26,890 bases of DNA from an uncultured Clostridia bacterium (GTDB lineage: Bacteria > Bacillota > Clostridia > Oscillospirales > Acutalibacteraceae), in contig CANQGN010000001.1 in NCBI GenBank assembly GCA_947623215.1, forward strand, positions 1 to 26,890, written 5' to 3'. A program made the translations under genes and the position numbers. Shown here in pieces: positions 24,070 through 26,890 of the stretch. The number at the start of each line of letters is the position of its first letter. Within the stretch, counting starts at the first letter, position 1. A model generated the notes under the pieces. That model was not told the origin of the DNA and made no database searches. It was given only the letters and a program-made list of their open reading frames with translations.

Positions 24070-26385
24070 TTACGCCTCGCTTTTCAGCAGCGTTTCCGGC
24101 CCGGTTGTATGCAAAATAAAACCGGTAATCTCTTCGTCTGCGTGCTCTATCATGGCCTGCGCCACGGGGTCCTCTGCCCGGCGGCGCACCATGCCGCGCA
24201 GGTCGCGCGCGCCCCGGCTTTGGCCGTAAGACGCGGCGGCCAAAGCGGCGGGCACCGCGTCGTCCCACGCAAAGGTATAGCCCTTATCCGCCAGCGAATC
24301 GGCCAGCTCCTGCAACATAAGCACGGCAATTTGGCAAAAATGCTCTTCGCTCAGCGGGCGGAAGCAGACCACCTCGTCTACCCGGCCAATGAACTCCGGC
24401 CGCAAAAACTCCCGCAGGGCTTTCATGGTTTTTTCGTCTGACAAATCCTTTTGGTCCTTGCCAAAGCCCAGCGCACTGCCGCCGGCGCTGCCGGCGTTGG
24501 TGGTCATGACCAAAATGGTGTTTTCAAAGCTCACCTTGCGCCCCTGGGCGTCGGTAATGCGGCCGTCGTCTAAAATTTGCAGCAAAATGTTCATGACGTC
24601 CGGGTGGGCCTTTTCTATTTCGTCAAACAACAGCACGCTGTAGGGGCGGCGGCGCACCTTTTCGGTCAGCTGGCCCGCTTCGTCGTACCCCACGTAGCCG
24701 GGGGGCGACCCGATGATGCGGGAGACGGAGTGCTTTTCCATAAATTCCGACATATCCAGCCGAATTAGCGTTTCGGGCGAATGGAAAAGCTCGGCCGCCA
24801 GCACTTTTACCAGCTCCGTTTTGCCCACCCCGGTGGGGCCGGCAAAAATAAAGGAGGCCGGGCGGCGGCGGGGGCTGATTTGCAGCCGCGAGCGGCGCAC
24901 CGCCATAGAGACGAGGGCAATCGCTTCGTCCTGCCCTACGATTTTCTCCCGCAGGCGGTCTTCTAAATGGGCCAGCCGCTTTAAGTCGCCCTCTTCTATT
25001 TTGGCGGCGGGAATCCCCGTCCACAGCTCGACCACGCGGGCCAAATCGTCCCGCGTGACCCGGGTGCGGGCCTTGGGCTCCAGCTCGTTGGCCTCTTGCA
25101 GTTTTTGCGAAAGGGAGATTTTGCAGTTGGCGATTTTTTCGTAATCGGTGGGCTCTCCCCCATCGGGCTGCTCCAAGCCCTCCAGCTGCTCCTCCAAGTC
25201 GGCAATCTCTTTTTTGAGCACATACAGTCGGTCGCCCGCCCGATTGCGCAGCGCGGCGCAGGCGCAGGCTTCGTCTAACAAATCAAGGGCCTTGTCGGGC
25301 AAAAAGCGGTCGTGAATATACCGCTCTGACAGGGTGACCGCCTGCTGCAAAATAGACTGCGACAGGGTAACCGAGTGAAAGCCCTCGTAATAGCGGCGAA
25401 TGCCGCTTAAAATTTCTACCGTTTCTTCTACCGAGGGTTCCTCTACCCGCACGGGCTGAAAGCGGCGTTCCAGCGCACTGTCTTTTTCTATATGCTTGCG
25501 GTACTCGGTAAAGGTGGTGGCGCCAATGACCTGCACCTCCCCGCGCGAGAGGGCGGGCTTTAAAATGTTGGCGGCGTTCATAGACCCTTCGCTGTCGCCC
25601 GTGCCGACGAGCGAGTGCACCTCGTCTATAAAGAGAATAATATTCCCCTCGGCCTTTACCTCGTCTATCAGCCCCTTAATGCGGCTTTCAAACTGGCCGC
25701 GGAACTGGGTACCGGCCACCAAAGCCGTCATGTCCAGCAGATGAATTTCTTTTTCCGCCAGCTTGGCAGGCACCTCGCCGGCGGCGATTTTCAGGGCCAG
25801 CCCCTCTGCAATGGCGGTTTTGCCCACCCCCGGCTCGCCAATGAGGCAGGGGTTGTTTTTGGAGCGGCGGCTTAAAATTTGAATCACCCGGTAAAGCTCC
25901 CGGTCACGGCCGATGACCGCGTCCAGCTCGCCCGCCCGGGCGCGGGCGGTCAGGTCGGTGCAGTAAAGGCCCAGGTATTTACGGCGGCGTTCTTTTTTGG
26001 GGCGCTCTTTTTTGGGGCGCTTGGGGGGGTCGTTCGTCTCTGGCCGGCCGTTCGCTTCCGCTTCGCCCGCCGGGCCGCCAAACATTTTTTGCATAAAGGG
26101 AAAGGTGGCGGCGCCGCCGGGGGTAAAGCCTTCTTCCCCACTTTCGTCGGCCTCGTCGTCTTCGCCGGTAAAAAGCTCCATCATATGGGTCATTTCTTCC
26201 GACGCGGCGTCAATGTCGTCGTCAGACAAATTCATGCGGTTGAGCAAATCCGTTACCGGTTTTATATTGAGTTCCCGGGCGCATTTTAAACACAGCCCTT
26301 CCGGGTAGCTTTTTTCGCCCTCTACCCGGGTAATAAACACTATGGCCGGGCGCTTATGGCAGCGGGAACAGAGCTTTGGCGTCAT
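24070..26385 (-). CDS. ATP-dependent Clp protease ATP-binding subunit (ClpC/ClpE family) with N-terminal Cys motif
   Basis: CSRC...CLKC N-terminus (ClpE-like zinc site), [36 protein letters not shown]-like LRPEFIGR. Confidence 0.95.
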   Translation of the reverse strand: MTPKLCSRCHKRPAIVFITRVEGEKSYPEGLCLKCARELNIKPVTDLLNRMNLSDDDIDAASEEMTHMMELFTGEDDEADESGEEGFTPGGAATFPFMQKMFGGPAGEAEANGRPETNDPPKRPKKERPKKERRRKYLGLYCTDLTARARAGELDAVIGRDRELYRVIQILSRRSKNNPCLIGEPGVGKTAIAEGLALKIAAGEVPAKLAEKEIHLLDMTALVAGTQFRGQFESRIKGLIDEVKAEGNIILFIDEVHSLVGTGDSEGSMNAANILKPALSRGEVQVIGATTFTEYRKHIEKDSALERRFQPVRVEEPSVEETVEILSGIRRYYEGFHSVTLSQSILQQAVTLSERYIHDRFLPDKALDLLDEACACAALRNRAGDRLYVLKKEIADLEEQLEGLEQPDGGEPTDYEKIANCKISLSQKLQEANELEPKARTRVTRDDLARVVELWTGIPAAKIEEGDLKRLAHLEDRLREKIVGQDEAIALVSMAVRRSRLQISPRRRPASFIFAGPTGVGKTELVKVLAAELFHSPETLIRLDMSEFMEKHSVSRIIGSPPGYVGYDEAGQLTEKVRRRPYSVLLFDEIEKAHPDVMNILLQILDDGRITDAQGRKVSFENTILVMTTNAGSAGGSALGFGKDQKDLSDEKTMKALREFLRPEFIGRVDEVVCFRPLSEEHFCQIAVLMLQELADSLADKGYTFAWDDAVPAALAAASYGQSRGARDLRGMVRRRAEDPVAQAMIEHADEEITGFILHTTGPETLLKSEA

Positions 26386-26890
26386 TGCGGTAAATCTCCT
26401 TCAAACTGTTCGGTTTCTATGTTGTAGGCACCCGTGCGAATGCCCTTAAAAATGGGGTAATATTGCAGCAGCGCCAGCAGCATGGCAACGCAGCAGGCCA
26501 CCGAAAGGGCGGTGAAGCTCCAGCGGGGCAGCAGCGGGCGCTTTAGCAAATTCAAGGCGATGTCTTGCGCCATCACGGCGAAAAAGGTAAGGTAAAGCAG
26601 CAGTGTGGCCGCCTTGCCGAAAAATTTGGACTCCGACGGGCGCGACCCCTTTTTAAGCAAAATGAGGGCGCCCGCCACCATGGCGGACTCTTTGAGCACC
26701 ATAACCACCAGCACCGGCCAAATGCCCGGGTGGCGCAGCACCAGCGCAAACACCACCGCCGCCATGGTTAATTTGTCGGCCAATGGGTCTACAATTTTGC
26801 CGAATTCAGAGATTAAATGGAACTTGCGGGCAATGCAGCCGTCTAACATGTCGGTAATGCCGGAGGCCACCAGCAGCACCGCCGCCGCCC
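26382..26890 (-). CDS. CDP-alcohol phosphatidyltransferase (PgsA-like), 5' end outside window
   Basis: TDMLDG.IARKF..IS.FGK.VDPLADK signature; hydrophobic helices; the frame stays open to the window edge. Confidence 0.88.
   Translation of the reverse strand, partial: AAAVLLVASGITDMLDGCIARKFHLISEFGKIVDPLADKLTMAAVVFALVLRHPGIWPVLVVMVLKESAMVAGALILLKKGSRPSESKFFGKAATLLLYLTFFAVMAQDIALNLLKRPLLPRWSFTALSVACCVAMLLALLQYYPIFKGIRTGAYNIETEQFEGDLPQ

Noticed and set aside
5664-26771. Many long opposite-strand or off-frame ORFs in the track (e.g. 5664-6194, 10464-11105, 13805-14392, 15243-16349, 19953-20567)
   Set aside because: They overlap well-supported genes in GC-rich DNA and have no RBS or family motifs; these are shadow ORFs.
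1-26890. CRISPR array, tRNA or rRNA genes
   Set aside because: No regularly spaced repeat-spacer run and no cloverleaf or rRNA-like sequence was seen.

Overview
Clostridia-type (Firmicutes) chromosomal segment, inferred from sigma-A promoters, GGAGG RBSs and gene content. GC-rich resident genes are interrupted by two AT-richer accessory blocks. (1) 1-5460: an exact >=634-bp direct repeat (1-634 = 1941-2574) made of a MITE end plus a truncated gene. It brackets a toxin-remnant/immunity array and a complete 277-bp MITE. Next come an XRE repressor + ImmA/IrrE protease pair and a DUF4417 - Gly-rich-leader toxin - immunity operon, with a possible antisense RNA between them; this is the best candidate for a poorly described system. 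(2) 5526-10700: GH3 beta-xylosidase - xylB - fucose-isomerase-like (XylA-II type) operon. (3) 10700-18100: defence cluster with an HgaI-like type IIS R-M system (HTH, two m5C MTases, REase, Vsr), a DUF5131 radical-SAM-like gene, and an HTH-Dam fusion + PD-(D/E)XK nuclease. (4) 18144-26890 (minus strand): TPP-riboswitch-controlled ThiXYZ-type ABC transporter, Sfp-type PPTase, and a pgsA-like - clpC/E - orphan ectB - lipoprotein operon. No integrase, transposase, tRNA, rRNA or CRISPR array was seen. Family names come from motif recognition and recall, not from database searches. Site counts were made by eye.
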